Origin: Tolypothrix carrinoi HA7290-LM1
GTDB taxonomy: Bacteria > Cyanobacteriota > Cyanobacteriia > Cyanobacteriales > Nostocaceae
Reading direction: 5' to 3'
DNA length: 64,000 nucleotides
NCBI GenBank assembly: GCA_019358935.1
Contig: JAHHIK010000027.1
Span: forward strand, 1 to 64,000
Shown here: in pieces, positions 30,991 through 41,597 of the stretch
Layout of the letters: each line of letters begins with the position of its first letter
Numbering within the stretch: the first letter of the stretch is position 1
The notes under the pieces: generated by a model
Database searches by the model: none
Told to the model about the DNA's origin: nothing
Seen by the model: only the letters and a program-made list of their open reading frames with translations
Made by a program: the position numbers and the translations under genes

Positions 30991-32208
30991 ATGAGTTATT
31001 TAATTCCGGATACGGCACTTTCTATAGCTGGGTTAACTGATTATATTCGGTTACTGTTAGAGCAAGATGAACAATTGCGGCAAGTTTGGGTAACTGGTGA
31101 AGTTTCTAGCGCAAATCAACATCGCAGTGGGTTATTTTTCACTTTACAAGATCCAGATGGAAGCGCAGCAATTAAATGTGTGGTGTGGAATAGTCAATTA
31201 ACAAAACTTGCACAGATACCGATTCGCGGTGAACAGATAATTATTTTGGGTAATATTCGAGTTTATCCGCAAAGAGGAGAATATCAACTTACAGTTTGGC
31301 AGGTTTTGCCTGCTGGTGTGGGTTTACAAGCGTTGCGCTATCAACAATTAAAAAATCGCTTGCAAGAGGAGGGTTTGTTTGATGTAGAAAGAAAGCGATC
31401 GCTTCCAATTCATCCGCAAATTATCGCTGTTGTCACTTCCCCCACAGCTGCTGCTTGGGGTGATATTCAAAAAACACTTAAACAACGATATCCCGGTTTA
31501 CATGTTTTATTTTCGCCGGCAACGGTGCAAGGTGAACAAGCACCAGCATCTATTGTAAAGGCGATCGCCCGCGTAGAGCGAGATAATCGCGCCGAAGTGT
31601 TAATTTTATCGCGGGGAGGTGGCTCAGTTGAAGAATTAGCTTGCTTTAATGATGAAAGGGTAGTACGTGCAGTTGCTGATTGTACAATTCCGGTAATTAC
31701 TGGGATTGGTCATCAAAGAGATGAATCTTTGGTAGATTTAACTGCGGATGCTTGCGTACATACTCCCACAGCTGCGGCAGAATTAGTTGTGCCGGCACTT
31801 GCAGAGTTGTATGCTGAACAGAATGCGCGAATTGCAGTTTTACACGACGCGATGCGAATTAGAATGCAAACTGCGGGAAATAAACTGCACGCAATGCGCG
31901 ATCGCTTGCAACGTTTGCGTTTAGATCGACAAGTACAGCAAGAAGTAAAAAATCTCAGTTGGAAACGTCAGCAATTAATCCAAGTTACTACAGGCAGATT
32001 GCAGCAAGCAACCCAACATGTAGAATTGTTGCGGCAAAAGTTGACAACTCTCGACCCGCAGGCAGTTTTACAGCGCGGTTACGCTGTGGTAAAACAAGAA
32101 AATGGGGCGATCGCTCGTTCTGCAACTGAGTTAGAACTAGGACAAGAATTATCGATTCAGTTAGCGCAAGGAAAAGTTAAAGTGAAAATTACCGAAGTTA
32201 ATGGTTAA
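30991..32208 (+). CDS. xseA: Exodeoxyribonuclease VII large subunit
   Basis: [31 protein letters not shown]. Confidence 0.95.
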   Translation: MSYLIPDTALSIAGLTDYIRLLLEQDEQLRQVWVTGEVSSANQHRSGLFFTLQDPDGSAAIKCVVWNSQLTKLAQIPIRGEQIIILGNIRVYPQRGEYQLTVWQVLPAGVGLQALRYQQLKNRLQEEGLFDVERKRSLPIHPQIIAVVTSPTAAAWGDIQKTLKQRYPGLHVLFSPATVQGEQAPASIVKAIARVERDNRAEVLILSRGGGSVEELACFNDERVVRAVADCTIPVITGIGHQRDESLVDLTADACVHTPTAAAELVVPALAELYAEQNARIAVLHDAMRIRMQTAGNKLHAMRDRLQRLRLDRQVQQEVKNLSWKRQQLIQVTTGRLQQATQHVELLRQKLTTLDPQAVLQRGYAVVKQENGAIARSATELELGQELSIQLAQGKVKVKITEVNG

Positions 32209-32431
32209 ACGTAAAACTACTTCTACTTCCGAGATGGATGGTGGAAATTATGAAGCGAAAGTTGCCGAAATCGAAACAATTATCACTCGCATAGAAGCGG
32301 GTGAATTACAATTAGAAGAAGTATTTTCACAATTTGCCACAGCTATTGAATATCTACGTCAATGCGAAACTTTCCTGCAACAGCGACAGCAGCAGGTAAA
32401 CTTGTTAATTGAGACTTTAAACGATGAATAA
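32201..32431 (+). CDS. xseB: Exodeoxyribonuclease VII small subunit
   Basis: YE...EIE.II..IE.GEL.LEE; coupled to xseA. Confidence 0.9.
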   Translation: MVKRKTTSTSEMDGGNYEAKVAEIETIITRIEAGELQLEEVFSQFATAIEYLRQCETFLQQRQQQVNLLIETLNDE

Positions 32432-32496
32432 CCGTCGTAGAGACGTTCCATCGGAACGTCTCTACAATATATGTGATTTTATTTTGAAAAAGCGAT

Positions 32497-33171
32497 TTAC
32501 GATCCAGGTAATTCGCCAAATTGTTGGCGATATTCAGTCAATAACTCTTCAGCAGTTTGATAGCGATAATTTTGTTTATTATACCAATATAACACCTCAC
32601 GCTGTAAACCTCCATCTGAATTGATGCCTCTACCAATTCCCAAACCGACTTCTTGCATCCAAAATGGTTCACCAATTTGTAACTGATAAAAGCCATCTAC
32701 TAATTTATAAACTTCAAAAGGTTGATGTTGGTCGCGCTGACAAAAATTAGGATTGTAAACTATATAATAGAGTACATCCAATTTCGCGTAGATTTCCATT
32801 TTGTTATCGTATTCTCCCCCATAAGTTTGAGAAACAACTTCTAAAAGAAATGTCGGAACAATACCATTTTCTTCCCAAACTACATAACTTGAGCGACTCC
32901 CACTAGCTTTTCTCCTTTCTACTCCCAAACTGAGAAAACCATCTGGGACTACGGGTACTCTCGGATTTACCCCTGTGGTATGATATATAGCCATATCAAC
33001 ACCAAAGAACCAATCTAAGCGCTTTGCCCAAATTGATTGAAGTAAGAATAAAAGAAAATTTGGTAGGAAATTTTGGTCTTCATTATCCACAGGAATATCG
33101 TCAGAACAGGGAAGTTCCAAACTCGTTGGTAAACGATCGCATGTAAAATCTACCATAATAACCGCCTTCAA
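32497..33171 (-). CDS. Uma2-family protein
   Basis: LPCSDDIPVDNEDQ, VPDGF, LEVVS. Confidence 0.88.
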   Translation of the reverse strand: MKAVIMVDFTCDRLPTSLELPCSDDIPVDNEDQNFLPNFLLFLLQSIWAKRLDWFFGVDMAIYHTTGVNPRVPVVPDGFLSLGVERRKASGSRSSYVVWEENGIVPTFLLEVVSQTYGGEYDNKMEIYAKLDVLYYIVYNPNFCQRDQHQPFEVYKLVDGFYQLQIGEPFWMQEVGLGIGRGINSDGGLQREVLYWYNKQNYRYQTAEELLTEYRQQFGELPGS

Positions 33172-33208
33172 TTTAAACTAGATTTATTATAGGCAATTAC
33201 AAATTAAC

Positions 33209-34057
33209 TCAAGATTTTGAAAGAGCAAGAGCATGATGGCGAATGTGGTCTTCAATAAAAGTAGCAATAAAATAATAACTGTGGTCATAGCCTTCTTGAT
33301 AACGCAAATTTAAAGGCTGTTTAACTGCCGCGCAAGCTTGTGCAAATAACTTCGGCTTTAATTGCTCAGTTAAATACTTATCATCAGTACCTTGGTCAAT
33401 TAAAATCAAACTGTGATATCTTTCTTTTTGCACCAATTCGCAAGCATCATAAGCAGCCCAACTTAACTTATTATCACCCAAATAGCGGCTGAGAGTCTTT
33501 TCTCCCCAAGGACAACGCATAGGTGCAACAATAGGAGCGAAAGCAGATACAGATTTGTATAACTTTGGGTTTCTCAACGCACAAACAATAGCACCATGTC
33601 CCCCCATCGAATGACCGAAAATGCTTTGATTATTAAGTTGTGCGGGGAAATGTTCGTTAATTAAAGCAGGTAACTCAGAAACAACATAACTGTACATTTG
33701 ATAATGCGATCGCCACGGTAGAGAAGTAGCATCAACATAAAACCCAGCACCCGTGCCAAAATCCCACTCATCATCCTCACCAGGAATCCCCGTATTGCGC
33801 GGACTCGTATCCGGTGCAACCAACATTAAATTATACTCTGCCGCAAAGCGTTGCGCCCCCGCCTTCACCATAAAATTCTCTTCCGTACTACTCAAACCAG
33901 AGAGAAAATAAAGAACCGGAACAGCTTGCGTTTTTGCTTGCGGTGGTTGATAGACAGCAAAGCGCATTTCCCCGTTACAGGTAGAAGAAAGATGACTGTA
34001 AAAGCCCACCTTACCACCAAAAGATTTATATTCTGATACAAGATTGATATTATTCAT
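33209..34057 (-). CDS. fghA: S-formylglutathione hydrolase
   Basis: GAGFYVDAT, GHSMGG, GYDHSY; follows frmA. Confidence 0.93.
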   Translation of the reverse strand: MNNINLVSEYKSFGGKVGFYSHLSSTCNGEMRFAVYQPPQAKTQAVPVLYFLSGLSSTEENFMVKAGAQRFAAEYNLMLVAPDTSPRNTGIPGEDDEWDFGTGAGFYVDATSLPWRSHYQMYSYVVSELPALINEHFPAQLNNQSIFGHSMGGHGAIVCALRNPKLYKSVSAFAPIVAPMRCPWGEKTLSRYLGDNKLSWAAYDACELVQKERYHSLILIDQGTDDKYLTEQLKPKLFAQACAAVKQPLNLRYQEGYDHSYYFIATFIEDHIRHHALALSKS

Positions 34058-34059
34058 TA

Positions 34060-34177
34060 CTCGTTCCCAGCTTATAGCTGGGAATGCTAATCAGGAGGCT
34101 CTGCCTCCAATATTTTACAAGACAATGTGAGGCAGCAGCCCCACACTAGGCATTCCCTGTCAGAGACAGGGAACGAG
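34060..34177. repeat. Composite REP/REPIN-like inverted-repeat element
   Basis: CTCGTTCCC...GGGAACGAG termini with internal hairpins. Confidence 0.7.
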
Positions 34178-34343
34178 AGGGATGAGGAGATTTTTTATCT
34201 CACGCAAAGACGCAGAGACGCAAAGAAGAACGCAAGAATAAGTATCATTACTACCTTCTACTCTCTTCTTCGTGTTCTTCTCTTCGAGACGCTTCGCGAA
34301 CGCGCCTTCTCCTTCAAAGACGCCAAGGGCGAACGCGGTTCGT

Positions 34344-35456
34344 TTAATCAAACATTACCACACTACGAATCGACTCCCCCTTATGCATCAAATCAAAAGC
34401 ATCATTAATCTTCTCAATCGGCATAACATGAGTAATCAAATCATCAATATTAATCTTCCCATCCATATACCAATCAACAATTTTCGGCACATCAGTACGT
34501 CCCCTCGCACCACCAAAAGCCGAACCTTTCCAAACACGTCCCGTCACAAGTTGAAAAGGACGAGTTTTAATTTCCTCACCCGCACCAGCAACACCAATAA
34601 TCACACTCACACCCCAACCTTTATGACAGCATTCTAAAGCTTGGCGCATAATATTCACATTACCAATACACTCAAAAGAATAATCAGCACCACCTTTCGT
34701 TAAATCTACCAAATAAGGCACCAAATCTCCTTCAACTTCCTTCGGATTAACAAAGTGCGTCATCCCAAACTTTTCTGCCAAAGCGCGTTTATTCGGATTA
34801 ATATCCACCCCAACAATCATGTTAGCTCCTACCATCCGCGCTGCTTGGATGACATTCAAGCCAATACCACCCAAACCGAAAACTACGACATTCGCACCCG
34901 GTTCGACTTTCGCTGTATTGATAACTGCACCGATACCCGTAGTTACGCCACAGCCGATGTAACAAACCTTATCAAAAGGCGCATCTTCACGAATTTTCGC
35001 CACAGCAATTTCTGGCAATACTGTATAATTTGCGAATGTAGATGTACCCATATAATGATGAATCATCTGCCCGTCGATAGAAAAGCGACTAGTACCATCA
35101 GGCATCACACCGCGTCCTTGAGTAGTGCGAATTGCTTGACAAAGGTTGGTTTTTAAGCTAAGGCAATATTCACACTGACGGCATTCGGGAGTGTATAAAG
35201 GAATTACACGATCGCCTGGTTTTAAGCTAGTGACGCCTTCGCCAATTTCCACGACAACACCAGCACCTTCATGTCCTAAAATTGCGGGAAATAAGCCTTC
35301 AGGGTCTTTTCCAGAAAGGGTGTAAGCATCGGTATGACAAACCCCACTGGCTTTAATTTCGATTAAAACTTCTCCAGCGCGTGGTGATTCAAGTTGCACT
35401 GTTTCAATACTTAATGGCTTTCCTGCACCGTAAGCGATCGCTGCTTTAACTTCCAC
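34344..35456 (-). CDS. frmA: S-(hydroxymethyl)glutathione dehydrogenase (class III ADH)
   Basis: CHTD, GHEGAG, four-Cys Zn site, [15 protein letters not shown]. Confidence 0.95.
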   Translation of the reverse strand: MEVKAAIAYGAGKPLSIETVQLESPRAGEVLIEIKASGVCHTDAYTLSGKDPEGLFPAILGHEGAGVVVEIGEGVTSLKPGDRVIPLYTPECRQCEYCLSLKTNLCQAIRTTQGRGVMPDGTSRFSIDGQMIHHYMGTSTFANYTVLPEIAVAKIREDAPFDKVCYIGCGVTTGIGAVINTAKVEPGANVVVFGLGGIGLNVIQAARMVGANMIVGVDINPNKRALAEKFGMTHFVNPKEVEGDLVPYLVDLTKGGADYSFECIGNVNIMRQALECCHKGWGVSVIIGVAGAGEEIKTRPFQLVTGRVWKGSAFGGARGRTDVPKIVDWYMDGKINIDDLITHVMPIEKINDAFDLMHKGESIRSVVMFD

Positions 35457-35658
35457 TTTTGTGCCTTTTTGCGTAGATTAAACTATTATTTTGCCTCACG
35501 CAAAGGCGCATAGACGCAAAGAAGAGTGTTTAAGATGGCATTTTCTAAGGAGATTGGTACATTGGTTACAGGCGGTAAAGCTTCCAGGTAATATCGACCT
35601 GCCAGCAAAAACCGCTATATAATTTGTCAATTCCTCAGTTTATCCTGTTGCACTGCTT

Positions 35659-36942
35659 ATGAAACCTGCCCTTAGTAAAATTGGCGAGCAAATGTCCCAC
35701 CTGACTGGTGTCAGAGCGATTATGAAGGACATTAACGAAACATTACGAGCCGGTGCGGGGCAGCAATTTATTAATTTGAGTGCTGGGAACCCGTTGATTT
35801 TACCAGAGGTTGAGCAGTTGTGGCGCGATTGTACGGCAGAATTGCTGGCTAGTTCCGAATATGGTGAAGTGGTTTGTCGCTACGGTTCGAGTCAGGGTTA
35901 TGCACCGTTAGTGGAAGCGATCGCTAACGACTTTAACAAACGCTATGGTTTAAATTTAAGCGATCGCAATATTCTTTTAACTCCCGGCAGTCAAAGTCTT
36001 TATTTCTACGCTGCCAATGTCTTCGGCGGTTACACTAGCAGTGGCGATTTAAAAAAAATCGTCTTGCCCCTCAGCCCTGATTATACAGGTTATGGTGGCG
36101 TTACTTTATGTGCTGAAGCTTTAATCGCCTACAAACCAACTTTGGATATTGACGCAGGGGCACATAAATTCAAATATCGCCCAGATTTCAATCAACTGGA
36201 AATTACAGAAAACACCGGCTGCGTTATCTTCTCTCGTCCCTGTAACCCCACGGGTAATGTTCTCACCGATGATGAAGTGAAGAAAATCGCTGCTTTGGCT
36301 GCACCTTTTAATGCACCAGTATTGATTGACTCAGCTTATGCACCTCCGTACCCGGCGTTGAATTTTACGGAAATGACACCAGTGTTTGGAGATAATATCT
36401 TACACTGCATGAGTTTATCGAAAGTTGGATTACCCGGAGAGCGCATTGGCATTGCGATTGGGGATGAAGAGTGGATTCATGTGCTGGAGTGCTTCCAAAC
36501 AAATATGTGTATTCATCCTTCTCGGTATGGACAAGCGATCGCTGCTCGCGCTATCAATTCTGGTAAACTTGCAGAAATCTCTGAACAAGTCATTCGCTCA
36601 TTTTATCAAAATAAATTCACTGTTTTAGAAGAGAGTTTATTTGCCGCCATGCCCAAGGATTTACCTTGGTTCCTCCATCGTGGGGAGGGTGCAATTTTTG
36701 CTTGGTTGTGGTTGGATGAGTTACCAATTACTGATTGGGAATTTTACCAGGAACTCAAGCAAGTGGGTGTAATTATTGTTCCTGGTAGTAGCTTCTTCCC
36801 CGGTTTGCGAGAAGATTGGTTACACAAGCACCAATGTTTGCGAATCAGTCTCACCGGTAGCGATGAAGAAATTGCTGTGGGAATGCAGCGTTTAGCAAAA
36901 GTAACGCAACAAGTTTATCAGCGTGCAGCTGTAAGTGCTTAA
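35659..36942 (+). CDS. avtA: Valine-pyruvate aminotransferase
   Basis: SRPCNPTGN, DSAY, SLSKVGLPGERIG. Confidence 0.88.
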   Translation: MKPALSKIGEQMSHLTGVRAIMKDINETLRAGAGQQFINLSAGNPLILPEVEQLWRDCTAELLASSEYGEVVCRYGSSQGYAPLVEAIANDFNKRYGLNLSDRNILLTPGSQSLYFYAANVFGGYTSSGDLKKIVLPLSPDYTGYGGVTLCAEALIAYKPTLDIDAGAHKFKYRPDFNQLEITENTGCVIFSRPCNPTGNVLTDDEVKKIAALAAPFNAPVLIDSAYAPPYPALNFTEMTPVFGDNILHCMSLSKVGLPGERIGIAIGDEEWIHVLECFQTNMCIHPSRYGQAIAARAINSGKLAEISEQVIRSFYQNKFTVLEESLFAAMPKDLPWFLHRGEGAIFAWLWLDELPITDWEFYQELKQVGVIIVPGSSFFPGLREDWLHKHQCLRISLTGSDEEIAVGMQRLAKVTQQVYQRAAVSA

Positions 36943-36950
36943 GGGAGACA

Positions 36951-37001
36951 GGGGGGACAAGGGGGACAAGGGGGACAAGGGGGACAAGGGGGACAAGGGG
37001 G
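36951..37001. repeat. (GGGGGACAA)n 9-mer tandem repeat
   Basis: Read directly; same unit is in-frame in rimM, nifJ and mutS. Confidence 0.9.
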
Positions 37002-37077
37002 ATTGTTGAATGCTTTTATTGCTATTGGCAAAGCTTTTCTGTACAACTGGTTCCCCTTGAGTTTTAACTTTTGACAA

Positions 37078-37824
37078 ATGAACAATTCAAAACCGAAAAA
37101 TCCTAAATCTAAAATCCAAAATCCCAAATCCAAAAATCCCAAATCGGAAAATCCCAAATCGGAAAATCCAAAATCCAAAATCCAAAATCCAAAATTGGAT
37201 GGTTGGCTGGAAATTGGTAAGATTGTCGCACCTCAAGGTTTGTCTGGAGAGGTGCGGGTTTATCCGCAGTCGGACTTTCCAGAACGTTTTGAGATTCCTG
37301 GAAAACGCTGGTTATTGCGTCCGGGTGCAGCCCAACCGCAACCGATAGAATTAGTCAGGGGACGTTATATTGATGGGAAAAATTTGTATGTCCTCAAGTT
37401 AGCTGGTGTGGATAATTGCGACTCTGCAGAAGAATTACGCGGTTGTAAGTTGCTAGTCCCTGAAAGCGATCGCCCGGAATTAGGAGAAGATGAATATCAT
37501 GTGGTTGATTTGATTGGTTTGCCTGTTTTTATGCAAGAATCAGGAGAACTCGTGGGTACGGTGGTTGATATCATCCCCGCTGGAAACGATTTGCTTGATG
37601 TGGAGTTGCATCAGGAGGAGGAGAAAGGGGGACAAGGGGGACAAGGGGGACAAGGGGGACAAGGGGGAGAAGGAGAAGCTTTAAGCCAAAATCCCAAATC
37701 TAAAATCAAAAATCCGAAGTCTGTTTTAATTCCGTTTGTGAAAGCGATCGCCCCGGTGGTAGACTTAGAAAATCGTCGGATTGAAATTACACCGCCGCCT
37801 GGTTTGTTAGAAGTTAATGATTAG
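37078..37824 (+). CDS. rimM: Ribosome maturation factor RimM with repeat-derived insertions
   Basis: [35 protein letters not shown]. Confidence 0.93.
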   Translation: MNNSKPKNPKSKIQNPKSKNPKSENPKSENPKSKIQNPKLDGWLEIGKIVAPQGLSGEVRVYPQSDFPERFEIPGKRWLLRPGAAQPQPIELVRGRYIDGKNLYVLKLAGVDNCDSAEELRGCKLLVPESDRPELGEDEYHVVDLIGLPVFMQESGELVGTVVDIIPAGNDLLDVELHQEEEKGGQGGQGGQGGQGGEGEALSQNPKSKIKNPKSVLIPFVKAIAPVVDLENRRIEITPPPGLLEVND

Positions 37825-37927
37825 GTAGTTGTAGAGTTTTTTAAACGCAAAGGAAAGCGGAGGAAAGCGCACTCGTAACGCAGAGTTTTTTTTGAAAATC
37901 GTCGGATTGAAATTACATCGGTGTCTG

Positions 37928-38461
37928 TCAATCTCCTACTCCCCGCACGATATGGTGTAATTGTCCTTGGGGGAAGCGAAACCAAATAGCGATCGCTAAT
38001 TGCGCTTTACAATCGCGATGAACAGCATAACGAAACCAGCATATCTGGAAATAGCGATCGCCTTCATAAGTTAAAAGCCACGTTTTTTCGTAGCGGACTA
38101 AATCCTTAACTAAATCAGAAGTTGTTTTTTCGAGGAAATTAGCAAAGGCGATCGCATCTTCGAGATGTTTCTTGATACCCTGTGGTAAATACGTTTCTGC
38201 ATATTGCCAAAACAAAGCCGTAAAATCTTTACCCAACACTTTCGCTGTTCGCGGTAATAATTCCCGCACTTCTCCTAAGCGCTTCCACTTAAGCGAATTG
38301 GCGAAGATATTAATTTCCCGTGCAGATTGCGCGAGTTGCTGCGCTTCATCATCACTCAATTCAAACTCAGTAGCAACTTGCGGGTTAGCAAAAAAACGCT
38401 CTCGGAAATTTGTATTGGTGTAAAGCTGGGCTAAAACTTGCTGCGTTTGTGCTAATCCCAT
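37928..38461 (-). CDS. Putative MNIO partner protein (DUF2063-like/RRE-type)
   Basis: Overlaps the DUF692 stop; helical, with L..KR...V..LLP.T...LG..F...F..Y and DLVRYE motifs. Confidence 0.65.
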   Translation of the reverse strand: MGLAQTQQVLAQLYTNTNFRERFFANPQVATEFELSDDEAQQLAQSAREINIFANSLKWKRLGEVRELLPRTAKVLGKDFTALFWQYAETYLPQGIKKHLEDAIAFANFLEKTTSDLVKDLVRYEKTWLLTYEGDRYFQICWFRYAVHRDCKAQLAIAIWFRFPQGQLHHIVRGVGD

Positions 38462-39285
38462 CTTTGATGACTCCTACCAATTTCCCTTGCGTGTTGCAAT
38501 TCCGCTGTTAATTCGGCAAAGGTAGGCAAATTTTCATCTCGTTCTAACACAACACCTTTAACAGGCATTTTGGCGACAACTTCATCCATCAGTTTCCACA
38601 CTTCCACAGGCGTTGACTGGGAATGGCTATCAATTAATATACCATCATGCCAATGTCCACCAACGAAATGTAATTGTACCACACGTTCCCAAGGTAATTC
38701 TTGCACAAAAGCTTGGATATCATAATTGTGGTTGATTGCATTAGTATAAATATTTGTTACATCCAACAGCAAACCACAATCAGAACGTTCGACAACTTCA
38801 GTTAAAAACTGGGCTTCTGTCATCTGGGCGCCGGGAAGTGTCACCATATAAGTGATATTTTCTAGAATTAACGGCACATCAACGAAGCCACGCACTTGGG
38901 CAATATTGCGACAAAGCACATCTACGGCTTCATAAGTATAAGGTAGCGGCGACAAATGCCCGATATCAACTCCACCCGCTTTGGTAAAGCAGATATGCTC
39001 ACTCCACCAAGGTGGGTTAAGTTGGTTAATTAGTGCAGCTAATTTGTGGAGATAATCTGTATCTAAACCTTCAGCACTGCCTAAAGATAAGTTGATAGCG
39101 TGGGGAATTATCGGGAAATGTGCTGCTAAGAGTTCTAATTCCTGCTGTTTTTGCGAAGTTGCATCTAGATAATGTTCTGCAACAATTTCTAGAAAGTCAA
39201 CTTGCTGACGGTGCAGAAATAAGTCACTTTTGAAAGGTTCGCGAAAACCCAACCCTACACCTAATGTTGGTAAATGAGAAAGCAT
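38452..39285 (-). CDS. DUF692 multinuclear non-heme iron oxidative enzyme (MNIO)
   Basis: GVGLGFR, LSLGS, WSEH, LENI, LLDVTN, HFVGGH, IDSH, LERD. Confidence 0.93.
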   Translation of the reverse strand: MLSHLPTLGVGLGFREPFKSDLFLHRQQVDFLEIVAEHYLDATSQKQQELELLAAHFPIIPHAINLSLGSAEGLDTDYLHKLAALINQLNPPWWSEHICFTKAGGVDIGHLSPLPYTYEAVDVLCRNIAQVRGFVDVPLILENITYMVTLPGAQMTEAQFLTEVVERSDCGLLLDVTNIYTNAINHNYDIQAFVQELPWERVVQLHFVGGHWHDGILIDSHSQSTPVEVWKLMDEVVAKMPVKGVVLERDENLPTFAELTAELQHAREIGRSHQRWD

Positions 39286-39332
39286 TGGTTATATTATTAA
39301 ATTTGAAAAATTCGTAGTCAGCGCAAAGAGCG

Positions 39333-40346
39333 CTAACCCCCACAACCACCACAACCACCACAACCCCCACCGCAACCCCCACCGCAAGAACTACCGCTAC
39401 TACAACCACCACCACAACCACCACCAGAATCACTAGTTGAACTAGTTCTAGTAGTAATTACAGGTGAAAGGATTTTTTGAAAGTAGTCGTAGTGAGTCCC
39501 TGCAAGTGCATCAAAGCCAAAAAGTGCCACAACCAAGTTGTAATCAACTTCCGAAGCGACGACAGTTTTTACCCGCTGCTTTAACTGAAAGAAGGTTTCT
39601 TTGAGTTGTTTGAGATAAGCTTCTCCTAAGCAAGTGCGGCGTTGTGCTACCTTACAAATACTCCACAGAAAGTATAGCGACAAAATGCCCATAAGGATGA
39701 GATAACCGACATTATGGCGTCCGTGTATCAAAGCTACTATTAACTTAAAGCTACCCAAACCGACAATAATCAGTGTCCCTATCAAAGCAATCTGCCATTT
39801 TTTTGCTTTAATTTGTTCAGAATTTAAAAGTTGCTCATTTTGCAGTTGTTGTTGATAAACTGTGCAATGAGGCTGAATGTGTTCGGTTAACAAACTCACG
39901 GTTGTTATTGGTGTGCGCGGGGTAGAAAACCAGTCAAATGCTTCGCGCTGTATTGGTGTAAGGTTAGATAAATCGGGATGATTCTTAGCTTGCTTGATGG
40001 AATTTTCAGTTATTTCTAAATAACTTTGTTGTATCAAGTCAATAACCGCTACCTTAACAACTCCTCTGGCTTCAGAATGCAAGTAAGCTATTTCGTAAGG
40101 ATCTGGTGCTGTGGGAATTAACGGTAAAGCTTGATTTTTGGTTGGTTGCACAAGCCTTGCGCTGACAAAGAAAGTGATGGTAATAACACAACCATACAAC
40201 ACCAGGAAGTCTGAACCATGCATATTTGCAATCGAACTGGATGTGGGAATAGCGATCGCGCACATCATCACTAATACACCCAAAATACCAATCAGCCTAA
40301 ATATCGGCGTTTCTGCTTTCGAGTTTGGGATGTCTTCACGCAGCAT
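39333..40346 (-). CDS. TIGR04222-like membrane protein with Cys/Gly-rich tail (7 Cys)
   Basis: M.G..FL.LY, DPYEIAYL; ends GGGCGGGCSSGSSCGGGCGGGCGGCGGCGG. Confidence 0.85.
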   Translation of the reverse strand: MLREDIPNSKAETPIFRLIGILGVLVMMCAIAIPTSSSIANMHGSDFLVLYGCVITITFFVSARLVQPTKNQALPLIPTAPDPYEIAYLHSEARGVVKVAVIDLIQQSYLEITENSIKQAKNHPDLSNLTPIQREAFDWFSTPRTPITTVSLLTEHIQPHCTVYQQQLQNEQLLNSEQIKAKKWQIALIGTLIIVGLGSFKLIVALIHGRHNVGYLILMGILSLYFLWSICKVAQRRTCLGEAYLKQLKETFFQLKQRVKTVVASEVDYNLVVALFGFDALAGTHYDYFQKILSPVITTRTSSTSDSGGGCGGGCSSGSSCGGGCGGGCGGCGGCGG

Positions 40347-40443
40347 ATTTTTAAGCTTTGAGCTACCGTATTAACAAGTTAAATTTCTTAATTACACATT
40401 GTAGCACACGTATATATATAGGAGATTTCCCTTAAATTTAGCT

Positions 40444-41415
40444 TTAACCACCCCCACAACCACCACAACCACCTCCACAACCACCCCCACAGCCACCACC
40501 ACCCCCGCAGGAACTACCACCCCCCCCACTAACATCGGCATTTGCGGTTGCTGCTGAGATGTGAAATAGCTTTTCATACTCAGCGAAAGGACTAGCTGCT
40601 AGTATCGACACGCCAAATACAGCTACAGGCAACAAGATATTATTCAAGTCTCCAGAATTATCTGTATGATTAGATACTTTATTTTTTAGTTGTGCAAAGG
40701 TTTGCTGTAATGCTTGTAAGTAAGCTTTTCCGCGATCGCTCAGTCGTGGTACTTTGCAGACATTCGTCAAAATAATAATGGAAATGATAGCCATGATGAT
40801 GAGAAACATCACATTAGAATGTCCATTCGCCAGTGCTATTATCAACTTGTAGCTGCCCAAACCTAAAATAATTAATTTCCCTTTCCAAGCAATACGCTGT
40901 GCAACTGATGAAGCTTTATCTGATGATAGTAATTGCTCATTTTGTAGCCGTTGTTCATAAAAAGCGCAGTGTTGTTTTACCTTTCTAGAGAGCGATAACT
41001 TAAAAATCTGATTAGCCTTGCGTGGTGAAGAGAATTGATTTAACACGTCACGTTCTAATGGTGTTAAAATATTCGTATTAGGGCGATTAATTGGTTGCTT
41101 GATATTCTGTTTATCAATTTCTAAGTAACCGCGTTGAATTAAATCTAAAACAACCAACCGCGTTACCTCATTTTCTCCACCCCGCAAATAAGCAATTTCC
41201 AGAGGTTCGGGGTTAGTGGGAATTAATGGCAGAGGTAAATTTGCCTCTCTGTCGCGCTGTAGACTCAATCGACACACCAGCAACGTTACTCCAATCACAA
41301 AAGCATAAAATAGTAGAAAAAGCGGTCCATGCATATTAGCAATTGGGTTAGCAATTGGGTTACTGATAACTACAATTACTAACATAGCCAAAATACCAAG
41401 TAGCAACTTATCCAT
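40444..41415 (-). CDS. TIGR04222-like membrane protein with Cys/Gly-rich tail (5 Cys)
   Basis: MHGPLFLLFY, EPLEIAYLRGG; ends SSCGGGGGCGGGCGGGCGGCGGG; AGGAG RBS upstream. Confidence 0.85.
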   Translation of the reverse strand: MDKLLLGILAMLVIVVISNPIANPIANMHGPLFLLFYAFVIGVTLLVCRLSLQRDREANLPLPLIPTNPEPLEIAYLRGGENEVTRLVVLDLIQRGYLEIDKQNIKQPINRPNTNILTPLERDVLNQFSSPRKANQIFKLSLSRKVKQHCAFYEQRLQNEQLLSSDKASSVAQRIAWKGKLIILGLGSYKLIIALANGHSNVMFLIIMAIISIIILTNVCKVPRLSDRGKAYLQALQQTFAQLKNKVSNHTDNSGDLNNILLPVAVFGVSILAASPFAEYEKLFHISAATANADVSGGGGSSCGGGGGCGGGCGGGCGGCGGG

Positions 41416-41597
41416 CACCAATACTCCTTTTGATGAGTTTCCCTGACAGTTTGCTACACAACCAGTTGCAACTTTTTCGGAAAATTATTTTATTTCACAT
41501 CTTGTATTCAGCGATTAAATCGCGTTGCACCACGAAATACCCGCAAGACAAAAGTTTGAAACCCTTGATTTATCTGAAGTTTAGGTAAACGCGAATT

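Noticed and set aside
39224..40577. Poly-Val ORFs 39224-39433 and 40392-40577
   Set aside because: Alternate frames of the GGT/TGT-rich Cys/Gly tails
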